A stretch of 64,000 nucleotides of DNA from assembly GCA_033763315.1 (NCBI GenBank), contig JANRKS010000009.1, forward strand, positions 256,001-320,000. The letters are read 5' to 3'. Source of the DNA: Deltaproteobacteria bacterium (GTDB lineage: Bacteria; Myxococcota_A; Polyangia; Fen-1088). The notes under the pieces were generated by a model. The model made no database searches, had not been told where the DNA came from, and saw only the letters and a list, made by a program, of their open reading frames with translations. Of the stretch, positions 48,629 through 58,886 are shown one piece after another (positions within the stretch are counted from its first letter, which is position 1; each line of letters begins with the position of its first letter). A program made the translations under genes and the position numbers.

Positions 48629-49314
48629 GGCTTTGCAAGCCAAGGCTGGCAAAGCGGGCTCTGCAACCAAGCCATGACGGCAGTACAGGCGCGGGCGGCG
48701 GCGTCGGCGCCGTGGGCCCGCCACTCCTTGCCACCTTCGGGGCCAACTTTGTTGGCAACGCCCAAAACCGACGCCACGGGTACCGCGAGCCTTTGCGCCG
48801 CATGCACGACCGCGAAGGCTTCAAGGTTCTCTAAGCTGGCGCCCGATTCCCGGGCAAGCCTCCGCGCGCGGGCCGGGCCGCGGGTGATGGCCAGCGGGCA
48901 AACGGCGGTCGTGCGCGATAAATCGCCGGCCCGCGCCAAGCTGGCGGTCAACCGAGCGTCTGTCTTGAGGTGCGTTCGCATTGGCGGGGCCAGCTCGGCA
49001 ATCTTCGGCGCATCGCCGCAGTTAAGCAAAACCTCATCGAGAGCCAACGCATGGGGGGGCTTCCAGGGGTGCCCAGCAAAGACACCAGCTGTCCCCACCA
49101 AAATGGCCGCCGTGGGCCGCCCGCCGAGCGCGAGGGCCGCCCCAACGCCCGCTTCCACTAGGCCCACCCCCACGGTCGCCGTGCGCACCAGGTGGCGCAA
49201 GCCGGAGCGGTCTCGCTTCAAGAAGTTGTTCAAAACCGCCAACTCAGGAGCCCAGGCCGCCAACACCAACAAAGGCTCGGCGTCTTCATGGGCTCGTTTG
49301 CGGGGCAGGGGCAC
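48625..49314 (-). CDS. Nucleoside phosphorylase superfamily protein (futalosine hydrolase MqnB-like); start uncertain
   Basis: GVGLVEAG, LVGTAG, ENLEAFAV, GVANKVG. Confidence 0.65.
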   Translation of the reverse strand: MPLPRKRAHEDAEPLLVLAAWAPELAVLNNFLKRDRSGLRHLVRTATVGVGLVEAGVGAALALGGRPTAAILVGTAGVFAGHPWKPPHALALDEVLLNCGDAPKIAELAPPMRTHLKTDARLTASLARAGDLSRTTAVCPLAITRGPARARRLARESGASLENLEAFAVVHAAQRLAVPVASVLGVANKVGPEGGKEWRAHGADAAARACTAVMAWLQSPLCQPWLAKP

Positions 49315-49453
49315 GGCGCGATCTTTGCCGCGGTCTTGGTTCGTTGTCCATTTGCTCGCCGCCTGTGTTGCGCCTCGGCACCGCCCGAAAAGGGAATACG
49401 GCCCCGGCCACCTCGCCTGGCGCCGCTTGGTCATCCGGGTTTATACTTATGAC

Positions 49454-50104
49454 GTGGATGGAGGTTCGGAGAGCCAAGAGCTTCGGCTGCTGCGGGCGAA
49501 CTTTGCCGCCGCGCCCCGTTCCGATGCGTTCGTCGCACTGGCGCAACACCTCTGCGACGTAGGCCGTCCCGAAGAGGCCGAGCAGGTGTGCCGCAAGGCC
49601 TTGGCCGGCAGCGATCCTGCGCATCGGGGCCGCTTGGTGCTGGCGCGCGCGCTGGCTGACCGTGGGCGGGTCAAGGAAGCCCAGGACGTATTGGCGGAGC
49701 TGGCCAAACACCGAACGGACGATGCGGAGGTATGGGTTCAGTTAAGTGCCCTGGTCGTCCGTCGCGGCGAAAAGGCGAGGGCGCTGGCCTTGCTGGAGTA
49801 TGCGGAGACATTAGGCGCCACGGGCCCGGCGTTCGCGGCGGCACTCAGCCAAGCGCGGGGTGGCGCCGGCCCCCGCCACAACACGATGCCGCCGGCGATC
49901 CCCAAAGAAGCGCAGCGCCGCCGTTCCACGCCACCCCCTGACGACCGGCCTCGACCCGTGGCCGGCGAGCTTTTGATCCGCGTGCCCACGCCCCATGAGG
50001 CCACAATCCTTGTGCCACGCCGACGGCCCAACCCCGTGTGGTTGGTGGCCGGTGCCCTGTCGGCTTTGGCGATTGCCACCGCCTGGATGCTTTTGCACGG
50101 TTGA
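49454..50104 (+). CDS. TPR protein with Pro-rich linker and C-terminal TM anchor
   Basis: 3' part of the listed ORF 48674-50104; TATACT 6 nt before GTG 49454; TPR helices; terminal hydrophobic helix. Confidence 0.7.
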   Translation: MDGGSESQELRLLRANFAAAPRSDAFVALAQHLCDVGRPEEAEQVCRKALAGSDPAHRGRLVLARALADRGRVKEAQDVLAELAKHRTDDAEVWVQLSALVVRRGEKARALALLEYAETLGATGPAFAAALSQARGGAGPRHNTMPPAIPKEAQRRRSTPPPDDRPRPVAGELLIRVPTPHEATILVPRRRPNPVWLVAGALSALAIATAWMLLHG

Positions 50105-50138
50105 CGCCCCTGCCCTCATCCGGTTAGATCCGCGGCCC

Positions 50139-50714
50139 ATGGCCAACGTTTACGACACCTCCGAGATCCGCAAGGGTCTCAAAATCATGATGGACGGGAA
50201 CCCCTTCACGGTGGTCGAGTTCCAGTTCGTCAAGCCCGGCAAGGGCGCCGCGTTTACGCGCACCAAGATGAAGAACCTGCTCACGGGCAGCGTCATCGAA
50301 CGCAACCTGCGTTCGGGCGACCGCCTGGAAGCGGCCGACGTGGAGGTGAAGAACATGCAATACCTTTACGACGAAGGTGAGTTCTGCGTGTTCATGGACA
50401 ACACCAACTACGAGCAGGTGCAGATCTCGTTGGACCTCATCGGCGACGACAAAGGCTTTATGCCTTCGAACATCAACGTTGAAGTTTTGTTCTTTCAAGG
50501 CCGCGCCGTTGGCGTGACATTGCCCAATTTCATCGAACAAGAAGTTGTTGAAACCGAGCCCGGCGCGCGCGGCGACACCGCCACCAACGTCACGAAGGCC
50601 TCCAAGATCGCTTCGGGCGCCACGGTGAAGGTGCCGTTGTTCATCAATCAAGGCGATACCATTCGCGTCGACACACGCACGGGCGAATACCTTGATCGCG
50701 TGGGCCGCGCTTAG
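50139..50714 (+). CDS. efp: Elongation factor P
   Basis: VKPGKGAAF, ETEPGARGDTA, VPLFINQGD.IRVDTRTGEY. Confidence 0.98.
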   Translation: MANVYDTSEIRKGLKIMMDGNPFTVVEFQFVKPGKGAAFTRTKMKNLLTGSVIERNLRSGDRLEAADVEVKNMQYLYDEGEFCVFMDNTNYEQVQISLDLIGDDKGFMPSNINVEVLFFQGRAVGVTLPNFIEQEVVETEPGARGDTATNVTKASKIASGATVKVPLFINQGDTIRVDTRTGEYLDRVGRA

Positions 50715-51680
50715 TTGAGCACGCCCGCTTTGGCCGAGCCTCGGTTGGCCGCTCGTCGCCCTGCGCTGCAGACGAGGGCGGCCATCATCGAGGCGGTCCG
50801 CGCCTATTTTCGTTCCGAGGGTTTCCTTGAAGTGGAGACTCCGACCCGCGTCGTGAACCCAGGGCAAGAGCTGCACCTTGATGCGTTTTATGCCCAAGGC
50901 GGCCGGTACCTGATCACGTCGCCCGAACACCACATGAAACGTTTGGTGGGCGCGGGTTACGAGCGCGTGTTTGCCATATGCCGTTGTTTCCGCGTTGAAG
51001 AGCGCGGGCCGCACCACCAGCCCGAATTCACGATGGCCGAGTGGTATCGGGCGCACGCGCCGCTCGATAAAATCGCGGACGATTGCGAAGCGTTGCTCGC
51101 TTCAGCGGCCCAAGCGGCTGGCAAAACCGACCTGCCCAAGGCCATTCGCACCACAGTGTCGGCCTTGATGCAAGCGCACGCGGGGGTGGCGCTGCAGGGC
51201 GATGAAACAGCGGCCGCATTGGCGGCCAAAGTCAAAGCTGCTGGGCACGATCCACGCGGCGCTTCCACGTGGGACGAGATCTTTTTCCAGGTGTTCCTTG
51301 ATCACGTCGAGCCAGCTTTGCGCCACGGCCCACCCACGTTTGTGTTTGACTGGCCGTTGCCGTTGGCGGCGTTGGCCCGTCACAAGCCGGATGGGCCCTG
51401 GGCCGAACGGTTTGAGCTCTATGCCGCCGGTCTCGAGCTTGCCAACGCTTTCGGTGAACTCACGGATCCGATCGAACAGCGGAAGCGTTTTGTGTCCGAA
51501 GCTCACGAGCGCGGGCGTCGCGACAAGGTCGTGTATCCCCTCGACGAGAAATTGCTGGCGGGGCTCGTCACCATGCCACCCACTTCGGGTGTGGCCTTGG
51601 GCATCGACCGCCTCGTGATGTGGGCGTTGGGAACGGACGACATTCGTGACGTCGTCGCGTTCCCTGACGACGAGGTTTAG
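50715..51680 (+). CDS. epmA: EF-P lysine aminoacylase
   Basis: FLEVETP, YLITSPEHHMKRL, HQPEFTMAEWYR, ERFELY, ELANAFGEL, GVALGIDRL; abuts efp. Confidence 0.93.
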   Translation: MSTPALAEPRLAARRPALQTRAAIIEAVRAYFRSEGFLEVETPTRVVNPGQELHLDAFYAQGGRYLITSPEHHMKRLVGAGYERVFAICRCFRVEERGPHHQPEFTMAEWYRAHAPLDKIADDCEALLASAAQAAGKTDLPKAIRTTVSALMQAHAGVALQGDETAAALAAKVKAAGHDPRGASTWDEIFFQVFLDHVEPALRHGPPTFVFDWPLPLAALARHKPDGPWAERFELYAAGLELANAFGELTDPIEQRKRFVSEAHERGRRDKVVYPLDEKLLAGLVTMPPTSGVALGIDRLVMWALGTDDIRDVVAFPDDEV

Positions 51681-52087
51681 CTTTCGCGCACCCAGACGGT
51701 TTCGACGCCGTCGATGTGGGCCACCCACTTCGGGATGTCGCCGATGTGTCGTCCCGCCGGCAACAGTTGTGTGTAGCGGCTCAAAAAGCCCTTGGCCTTG
51801 CCGGGGTCAGCTTTGCTGCCCACCGCGAGACGCCGCACCACTTCGAACAACTCATCGTCCAAAACGGCGGGGTCCAAGTTGCTGGCCGAAGCGTCCAACC
51901 CCAATGCGGCCTCATAATCCGTAAGTGCACCGTCCAGGCGCCCCAAGTTTGCCAAAGCCAAGCCACGGTTGAACCAAGCCTCCGGCTCCTCAGCGTCATT
52001 TGTGATTTCCTGGCTGGCTTGGTCGATCGCTTCTTCATAGCGCTCTTCCGCCAACAGGCGTGTTGAAAACAGCTCTCCGTAGCTCAT
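51677..52087 (-). CDS. Small TPR protein
   Basis: EAWFNRGLALANLGRLDGALTDYEAAL TPR motif. Confidence 0.75.
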   Translation of the reverse strand: MSYGELFSTRLLAEERYEEAIDQASQEITNDAEEPEAWFNRGLALANLGRLDGALTDYEAALGLDASASNLDPAVLDDELFEVVRRLAVGSKADPGKAKGFLSRYTQLLPAGRHIGDIPKWVAHIDGVETVWVRES

Positions 52088-52188
52088 GCGGCCGGCAGTG
52101 TAGATCAAATTCCGCCAGCGTCATCCGACGCGCTTGGCCAACCGCGTCGCTTGACCCTAGATCGGGGCTCTGCTATGGGTTTCGGCCC

Positions 52189-52551
52189 GTGACTTCATTT
52201 CTTATCGGCATCGGTCAGGCATCGTCGGCTCCTCCCGCAGGAGGCAACCCGATCATGTCTTTCCTTCCTCTGATTCTCATCTTCGGCGTCTTTTACTTTC
52301 TGATCATGCGCCCCCAGGCGAAGAAGCAGAAAGAGCACCAGCGCTTGCTGGGTGAGATCAAAAAAGGTGACGACGTCGTGACCACGGGTGGCATCATCGG
52401 CCGCGTGACTGGCGTCAAGGACACGGAACTTGTGATTCAGGTGCAAGAGGGCGTGCGTTTGCGCGTGCTTCGCAGCGCCGTGCAAGGCAAGTACACCGCG
52501 ACCGCGACCGTGTCCCCTGCGGCTGACGAAAAAGCCGCGCAAAAGTCCTAA
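52189..52551 (+). CDS. yajC: Preprotein translocase subunit YajC
   Basis: FYFLIMRPQAKKQKEH, GDDVVTTGGIIGRV; precedes secD. Confidence 0.95.
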   Translation: MTSFLIGIGQASSAPPAGGNPIMSFLPLILIFGVFYFLIMRPQAKKQKEHQRLLGEIKKGDDVVTTGGIIGRVTGVKDTELVIQVQEGVRLRVLRSAVQGKYTATATVSPAADEKAAQKS

Positions 52552-52567
52552 CCCTCGAAGGCACACA

Positions 52568-54376
52568 ATGGAACGTTCTTGGTGGTGGAAGACCCTGCTG
52601 TTCGGCGCGGTCACAGTCCTCGCTTGTTTGTACCTGGCTCCCTCGCTGGCCCCCAGCTTCATCGCTGAGGAGAAGCTACCGGGGTTTGTGAAGAACAACT
52701 TTAAGCGCAAGCTGCAGTTGGGCTTGGATCTCCAGGGAGGCTTGCACCTCGTTTACTCCGTGAACCTGGACAAGGCCGTCGCCTCGAAGGTGGACCGGTT
52801 GTCGGGCGATCTCGAAGAACGTTTGGTCGAGAAGACGCAAAACGCGAAGGTGGACTTCAAGGTCACGCGCGAAGGCCGTGATGACATCCTGGTGACGTTC
52901 TCCAACCCTGCAGATCTCGCGAAGTTAGACGACGAGGTGATGAAGAACTACCGCACGTCGCTCGACGAAGTTGAGCGCGACGCCAGCAAAGGCATTGTGC
53001 GGTTTCGCATCGACCAAGATCAAGTGGCTGAGGTCGGCGACTACGCCCTTCGCCAAGGCATCGAAACGATTCGCGGTCGCGTCGATAAGTTCGGCGTGGC
53101 TGAACCCACGATCATCAAGCGCGGCACCGACATCGTCGTCGAGTTGCCTGGCTTGAAGACGGAAGACTTCGAGCGCATCAAGTCGGTCATCGGCAAAACG
53201 GCCCAGCTTGAGTTCAAAATTGTCGATGCCGGCAGCCCTTACATGCAAAAGGTTTCGGCGGCCATCCCACAAGACGGCAAGATCACGGTTGTCCCCGATG
53301 TGTGGCGCGACAAGAAGACCGGCGAGCAAAAGCAAGACATCTATTTGCAGTCGAAAGACCGCAAGGTGCTTGAGGCCTTCGTGGCCGGTTTGTCGGGCGA
53401 GTTGGCTGTGCCTGCCGACCGCGAGTTCGGTTACGAAGAAGTGGAAGGCGGCAACGGCGGCGACGGTAAGGTGAAAGCCCCCAATGAGTGGCGCACCTAT
53501 CTGCTTGAGAAGCGAGCCGCTGTCACGGGCGAATACTTGTCGTCGGCCGACTTGTCATGGGACGCGCAGACCAATCGCCCTGAAGTTTTGTTCGCGATGG
53601 ATCACCAGGGCGCTTCCTTGATGGAGCGTCTGACCACGGCGAACATCGGCCGAAAGATGGCCATCGTTCTTGACGACCGCATCAACAGCGCGCCCGTCAT
53701 CAACGACCGCATCGCCGGCCGCGGTGTCATTACCTTGGGTGGCTTTGGCGATCCTTTGAAAGTTCAACAAGAGGCCAAGGACTTGGTTGCCGTGCTCCGT
53801 TCGGGTGCCTTGCCGGCGCCGCTGACGAAGTCATTTGAAACGCAGGTCGGCGCCACGATGGGCAAAGACGTGGTCGACCGCGCTTTGTTGTCCATGTTGG
53901 TGGGTGCCATCGCGGTTGTGCTCTTTATGCTGGTTTACTACCGCGTGTCGGGTGTCATCGCGGTTATCGCCATGTTGCTCAACATGTTGTTCATGGTTGC
54001 CATCTTGGCGGGCTTTGAAGCGTCACTCACATTGCCAGGCATCGCTGGTTTGGTGCTGACGGTGGGCATGGCGGTGGACGCCAACATCATCATCTACGAA
54101 CGCATTCGCGAGGAATTGCGCCTGGGCAAAACGGCACGCACGGCCGTGGAAGCCGGTTTCTCCCGCGCGTTTTGGACGGTCTTCGACGCGCACGTCACGA
54201 ACTTCACCGCAGGCGTGGTGCTTTACTCATACGGCTCAGGTCCCATCCGGGGTTTCGCCGTCACGCTGCTGGTTGGCATCGCCTCGAACCTTTTCACGTC
54301 TGTGTGGATGTCCCGCTGGATGTTTGAGCTTCTGCTCGGCCGCCGCGGCACCGTGAAGACCACCCTCTCGATCTAG
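52568..54376 (+). CDS. secD: Protein translocase subunit SecD
   Basis: LGLDLQGG, RVDKFGVAEP, LTLPGIAGLVLTVGMAVDANIIIYERIREE. Confidence 0.97.
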   Translation: MERSWWWKTLLFGAVTVLACLYLAPSLAPSFIAEEKLPGFVKNNFKRKLQLGLDLQGGLHLVYSVNLDKAVASKVDRLSGDLEERLVEKTQNAKVDFKVTREGRDDILVTFSNPADLAKLDDEVMKNYRTSLDEVERDASKGIVRFRIDQDQVAEVGDYALRQGIETIRGRVDKFGVAEPTIIKRGTDIVVELPGLKTEDFERIKSVIGKTAQLEFKIVDAGSPYMQKVSAAIPQDGKITVVPDVWRDKKTGEQKQDIYLQSKDRKVLEAFVAGLSGELAVPADREFGYEEVEGGNGGDGKVKAPNEWRTYLLEKRAAVTGEYLSSADLSWDAQTNRPEVLFAMDHQGASLMERLTTANIGRKMAIVLDDRINSAPVINDRIAGRGVITLGGFGDPLKVQQEAKDLVAVLRSGALPAPLTKSFETQVGATMGKDVVDRALLSMLVGAIAVVLFMLVYYRVSGVIAVIAMLLNMLFMVAILAGFEASLTLPGIAGLVLTVGMAVDANIIIYERIREELRLGKTARTAVEAGFSRAFWTVFDAHVTNFTAGVVLYSYGSGPIRGFAVTLLVGIASNLFTSVWMSRWMFELLLGRRGTVKTTLSI

Positions 54377-54384
54377 GAACTCCC

Positions 54385-55623
54385 ATGGCCGCTCAGCAAA
54401 AGTTTTTCGAGGTCATCAAGCAAGGGACGAAGATCGAATTCGTCAGCAAGCAACGGCAGTTCATGGCCGTTTCGATCATCGCCACCTTGGTGTCGCTGAT
54501 CATGTTGCCGCTCAACGCCTACGTCATCAAAAGCCGCGGCAGCATGCTCAACTGGGGCGTCGATTTCCGGGGCGGCAGCGAACTGGTGGTCAAGTTCTCG
54601 AAGCCAACCGAATCGTCAGCCATTCGCGAAGCGATGGACGCGGGTGGTTTTCACGGCGCCGAGGTTGTTCGTTACGGCAGCGAATCTGATAACTCCTACA
54701 TGTTGCGCATCGGCTCTGTGTCAGTGCTTTCAGAGAGCCAGGCGAAGCGTACCGAGGCAGCGATGGCCAAGGTGGGCGACGCGAGCTTGAAGAAGTTCGA
54801 GTGGTCCGAAGGCGGCGACAAGGTTTATTTGCGGTTCGATCGTCCGTTGGACGCTGACGCCATCAAGCAAGCGCTGGCCACGGCAGGCACGCAGACCACA
54901 CAGGTGCAGCCGTTCGGTCGCAGCGAAGAAAACACCTTTGAGGCGACTTTGGTGGGCCTCGACTCCGAGGTGCGCAAGGCTCTCGACAACAAGCTGGGTG
55001 CCGGCGCTGTGGCTTCGATTCCTCAGGTGGCGTCGGTGGGTGCGAAGGCCGGTAAGCAACTGCAGGTGGACGGCATCCAAGCCGTCTTGGGCGCCATCTT
55101 GCTGATCGTGCTTTACACAGCGTTGCGCTTCGACTTCCGATATGGCCCGCCCACAATCATCGCGTTGTTGCACGACGCGATCATCACGGTCGGTGCCTTT
55201 GCTGTGACCTATAAGGAATTTTCGCTGACGACCTTGGCGGCCGTGCTCACCATCATCGGCTTTTCCATGAACGACACCATCGTGGTGTTCGACCGCATTC
55301 GTGAGGACGCTGCACGCTTTAAGGATCGCAAGTTCGATCGCGTGGTGAACCAGTCTGTGAACGAAACGCTGTCCCGCACCATTTTGACCAGCGCCACCTT
55401 GCTGTTCGTCACGTTGGCTATGAACATCTTGGGCACTGGCGTGGTGAAAGATTTCGCGTTCGCCATGAACGTGGGTGTCATCGTGGGCACCTACTCCTCG
55501 ATCTTCGTTGCCAGCACCGCGCTGATTTGGCTCGACGCCAAAGCGAAGGCGGCGCAAGGCAAAACGCCGAACCCCACGCGTCGCACGCGCCGTCGCGAAC
55601 CAGAGCCGGCCACCTCGGTTTAG
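54385..55623 (+). CDS. secF: Protein translocase subunit SecF
   Basis: GVDFRGG, ALLHD, GFSMNDTIVVFDRIRE, TLSRTILTS, GTYSSIFVA. Confidence 0.97.
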   Translation: MAAQQKFFEVIKQGTKIEFVSKQRQFMAVSIIATLVSLIMLPLNAYVIKSRGSMLNWGVDFRGGSELVVKFSKPTESSAIREAMDAGGFHGAEVVRYGSESDNSYMLRIGSVSVLSESQAKRTEAAMAKVGDASLKKFEWSEGGDKVYLRFDRPLDADAIKQALATAGTQTTQVQPFGRSEENTFEATLVGLDSEVRKALDNKLGAGAVASIPQVASVGAKAGKQLQVDGIQAVLGAILLIVLYTALRFDFRYGPPTIIALLHDAIITVGAFAVTYKEFSLTTLAAVLTIIGFSMNDTIVVFDRIREDAARFKDRKFDRVVNQSVNETLSRTILTSATLLFVTLAMNILGTGVVKDFAFAMNVGVIVGTYSSIFVASTALIWLDAKAKAAQGKTPNPTRRTRRREPEPATSV

Positions 55624-55645
55624 TCCAGCGGCCGTCGGAGGGCCA

Positions 55646-57382
55646 ATGGCACGTGGTTGGCACAGTCCCTCGATCGATGAGTCGTGTGCCTCAGCGTTGG
55701 CGCAGGCCTTAGGCGTGCGCCCGCTGACCGCACGGTTGCTGGTCCGGCGGGGCGTTTTGCAAGCCGATCACGGCCACCGTTTCTTGCAGCCGAAGTTGGC
55801 GGAGCTTCGTGCGCCCGCGGGCATTGCCGATTTGCAAAGCGGGATCGATCGCATGGCTCACGCCTTAGAGACAGGGCAGTTGATCGGCGTATTCGGCGAT
55901 TACGACGTTGATGGCGTCACTTCAGCCGCCGTGCTCACAAGCGCCTTGCGCGCCTTGGGGGCCCGGGTGCTTCCCCGCTGCGCCAGCCGGCACGCCGGTT
56001 ATGGCTTTGGCCTGGCGGCGGCCGAGGCATTTCTGGCGGCAGGTTGCGCCTTCGTGATCACAGCCGACTGTGGAACCAGCGATCACAAGTCGATCGCTTT
56101 TCTCAAGGAAAAGGGGATCGACGTGATGGTGATCGATCACCACCAGGTGCCCGAGGGCAAAAGCGCCGCCGTGGCCTTGATCAACCCGCACCGTGGCGAT
56201 GATCGTTTTGAGTTCAAGGGGCTCGCTTCTTGTGGCCTCGCGTTCTATCTGATGGCAGCGCTGCGTTCGCACCTGCGCAGCAAAAACCACGCAGCCGCGG
56301 CAGCTTGGGATCCGCGTGAGCTCTTGGATCTGGTGGCGATGGGCACCATAGCCGACGTGATGCCGTTGACCGACGAGAACCGCGTCTTGGTTTCGGCTGG
56401 CCTCAAGACACTGTCCGCGCGCACTCGTCCCGGTGTCGCCGCGTTGTTCAACGTAGCGGGCCTCCAGGATCCACGCCCCGTCACAGCCACGGACATCGGC
56501 TTTCGCTTGGCGCCACGTCTGAACGCCGCGGGACGTTTGGGTGACGCCCAGCTGGCCCTCGATCTGCTGCTAGCCGTGGATCCCGCGGAGGCCGAGCGGC
56601 TGGCCTTGCTGCTGGACGAGCAAAACCGCCAGAGGCAACAAATTCAAGAGACCGTGTTGTCTTCAGCACTGGCTCAAGTGGAGTCGATGATTGCGGCTGG
56701 CGGAGGCCGGGTGCCCTGGGCGATTGTGGTGGGCGACGAAGGTTGGCACCATGGCGTGGTGGGCATCGTCGCTGCCAAACTGGTCGATAAATACGCGCGC
56801 CCCACCATCGTCGTTGGGTTTCATGAGGGCAAAGGACGCGGTTCCGCGCGCACCGTGGCGGGGTTCAACCTTTACCAGGCCCTCGCGGCCAGCGCGCCGC
56901 ATTTGGAAGTGTATGGCGGCCACGCGGCGGCTGCGGGCATGACGGTGCTCCGCGACCGCTTCGAAGCGTTTCGTCAATCCTTCACGGCCCACGCCGAGCA
57001 ATGGTTCGGTTTGCGCCCGCCTCACAGCGCCGTTGAGGTGGATGCCGTCGTCTCATTGTCGGAACTTGATTTGGCCTGCGCCGAAGAGCTTGCGCGCTTG
57101 GGCCCGTTCGGTGCAGCGAACAGCGAGCCCATACTCGCCTTTGAGAATGTGACCATCGCCAACGCGCGGGTGGTGTCCGGCACGCACTTGCAGCTGACGC
57201 TTGGCCAAAACGGTGCGATGGCCGAAGCGATGGGCTTCAATATGGCGGACGTTGCACCGGTCGCCGGCCAGGTGATGGATGTGGTGGCGTGTTTCGAGAT
57301 CAATGATTTTCGCGGCACGCGCAGGCCGCGGCTGCGTGTGAAACACTTGTTGTCTGCCGCCCCAGTGGGTGAACCTTCATGA
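55646..57382 (+). CDS. recJ: ssDNA-specific exonuclease RecJ
   Basis: GDYDVDGVTS, TADCG, DHH, GTIADV, PRLNAAGRL, GSAR, GGHAAAAG. Confidence 0.96.
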   Translation: MARGWHSPSIDESCASALAQALGVRPLTARLLVRRGVLQADHGHRFLQPKLAELRAPAGIADLQSGIDRMAHALETGQLIGVFGDYDVDGVTSAAVLTSALRALGARVLPRCASRHAGYGFGLAAAEAFLAAGCAFVITADCGTSDHKSIAFLKEKGIDVMVIDHHQVPEGKSAAVALINPHRGDDRFEFKGLASCGLAFYLMAALRSHLRSKNHAAAAAWDPRELLDLVAMGTIADVMPLTDENRVLVSAGLKTLSARTRPGVAALFNVAGLQDPRPVTATDIGFRLAPRLNAAGRLGDAQLALDLLLAVDPAEAERLALLLDEQNRQRQQIQETVLSSALAQVESMIAAGGGRVPWAIVVGDEGWHHGVVGIVAAKLVDKYARPTIVVGFHEGKGRGSARTVAGFNLYQALAASAPHLEVYGGHAAAAGMTVLRDRFEAFRQSFTAHAEQWFGLRPPHSAVEVDAVVSLSELDLACAEELARLGPFGAANSEPILAFENVTIANARVVSGTHLQLTLGQNGAMAEAMGFNMADVAPVAGQVMDVVACFEINDFRGTRRPRLRVKHLLSAAPVGEPS

Positions 57383-57660
57383 ACGACGAACCCTCAGACC
57401 CCAGCGATCCGTCTTTGCAGGCGTCCAGGGAGGAAGAAGAAGAGCTGCGACGCATGCGGCAAGCGATAGCGCAAAGAGCCGATCGACGGCTTTGGGAATT
57501 GCTGCCCAAGCGCGCGTTGTTTCGTGCGTTCTGGTTGGTGCTGCTGCTGCTGCTGATTCTGTGGCTGCAGCGCAATTCAGGCCGCGTCACGCACTTCTTC
57601 CAACAAGTGTTTCCAACAACACCCCAGGGCCCCACGACGGCCCCAGGAACTGCTAAATAA
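57379..57660 (+). CDS. Small single-TM hypothetical protein
   Basis: ATGA overlap with the recJ stop; FWLVLLLLLILWL TM. Confidence 0.55.
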   Translation: MNDEPSDPSDPSLQASREEEEELRRMRQAIAQRADRRLWELLPKRALFRAFWLVLLLLLILWLQRNSGRVTHFFQQVFPTTPQGPTTAPGTAK

Positions 57661-57684
57661 CCGCGTGGTTTTCGGGTTGACCCA

Positions 57685-58659
57685 ATGACATCTGTGGCAT
57701 CTCCGTTGGTGTGGGCGCTTTTCGCCGGGGTGATCCTTTCCATCCTGGCGGTGGATTTGGGCGTGTTCAACCGAACCGCGCACAAGGTCACGCTTAAGGC
57801 GGCCAGCATCTGGGTTCTGGTGTGGGTGGGCTTTGCGGTTGCCTTCAACGCCTTTGTTTTTTATCGCTTTGGCAGCACGCGTGGTCTGAACTTTCTGCAG
57901 GCCTATCTGCTTGAACAGGCGTTGTCGGTCGACAACGTGTTCGTTTTCATCTTGGTGTTCAGTTACTTTCGGGTTCCCGAGCAATACCAGCACCGCGTCT
58001 TGTTTTGGGGCGTGGTGGGCGCGGCCATCACCCGCGGCATCTTCGTCGTGGCGGGCGTGGCTTTGTTGTCACGCTTTCATTGGCTTATGTACGGCCTTGG
58101 CTTGTTCCTCGTCGTCACCGCCGTGAAGATGCTGCTGCAAAAAGATGAGGATCTGGACCCATCGAAGAATGCCGTGCTTCGGTTGTTCCGACGCTTGGTG
58201 CCGATGACCGAGACCTACGAAGGCGCCAAGTTCGTGGTCAGACGCCAAGGTCGACGCCTCGCCACGCCGCTGTTGGCTGTGCTCGTTGTGGTGGAAGCCA
58301 CCGACGTGATGTTCGCCGTAGATTCCATTCCTGCCGTGTTCGGCGTCACCCAAGATGTCTTCATCGTCTACACCTCGAACATCTTCGCCATTTTGGGACT
58401 GCGTTCGCTGTTCTTCTTGTTGGTTGGCTTGGTGGAGAAGCTTCACCTTCTTAAGCATGGCGTGGCGCTGATCTTGGCCTTCGTAGGCATGAAGATCTTG
58501 CTCGCCGGTGTGGTGCCTATTTCCGAAGGGTTATCGCTTGCCATCTTGGCGGGCATATTGATTCTGGCCACCATCGCAAGTTTCGTTTTCCCCGCCAAGG
58601 CAAAGCCCACCGCAGGCCCCACGGATGGCTCGGACACCCCCGCCTCCGGGCCGTCCTAA
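57685..58659 (+). CDS. TerC/Alx family membrane protein
   Basis: YLLEQALSVDNVFVF, QHRVLFWG, DVMFAVDSIPA, TSNIFAILGLRSL. Confidence 0.93.
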   Translation: MTSVASPLVWALFAGVILSILAVDLGVFNRTAHKVTLKAASIWVLVWVGFAVAFNAFVFYRFGSTRGLNFLQAYLLEQALSVDNVFVFILVFSYFRVPEQYQHRVLFWGVVGAAITRGIFVVAGVALLSRFHWLMYGLGLFLVVTAVKMLLQKDEDLDPSKNAVLRLFRRLVPMTETYEGAKFVVRRQGRRLATPLLAVLVVVEATDVMFAVDSIPAVFGVTQDVFIVYTSNIFAILGLRSLFFLLVGLVEKLHLLKHGVALILAFVGMKILLAGVVPISEGLSLAILAGILILATIASFVFPAKAKPTAGPTDGSDTPASGPS

Positions 58660-58886
58660 TTGCTCTTGTCGTCGTCGGGCCGTGCGTGCGGTGCGGCTCT
58701 CACTCGCATCTCTTCGGCCCCATCCAAATCTGTTTCCGATAGCGGTCGGCTGATGCGGTAGGTGCCATCTAGCCAGCTTGCCAAATCGATGCGTTTGCAG
58801 CGCTCGCCACAAAACGGACGGAAGGGGAGCTCACCTTCGAGCGGCAGCGGCTTTCGACATATAGGGCACACAGTGGCTCGGGCCAT
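58656..58886 (-). CDS. yacG: DNA gyrase inhibitor YacG
   Basis: CPICRK...RPFCGERCKRIDLASWLDGTYRI; GGAGG RBS. Confidence 0.9.
   Translation of the reverse strand: MARATVCPICRKPLPLEGELPFRPFCGERCKRIDLASWLDGTYRISRPLSETDLDGAEEMRVRAAPHARPDDDKSN

Noticed and set aside
48674-49453. 5' part of the 476-aa plus-strand ORF
   Set aside because: Antisense shadow of the phosphorylase-family gene; the TPR protein plausibly starts at GTG 49454 behind a TATACT box.
50139-51680. efp-epmA without adjacent epmB
   Set aside because: epmB can lie elsewhere in the genome; absence cannot be judged from one window.
57541-57555. (CTG)5 microsatellite, and a (GA) run near 61202
   Set aside because: Short coding repeats (poly-Leu TM; Arg-Glu-Arg-Glu) with no frame disruption.
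57661-57684. yybP-ykoY riboswitch before the TerC/Alx gene
   Set aside because: Only 24 nt are intergenic and no motif is visible.
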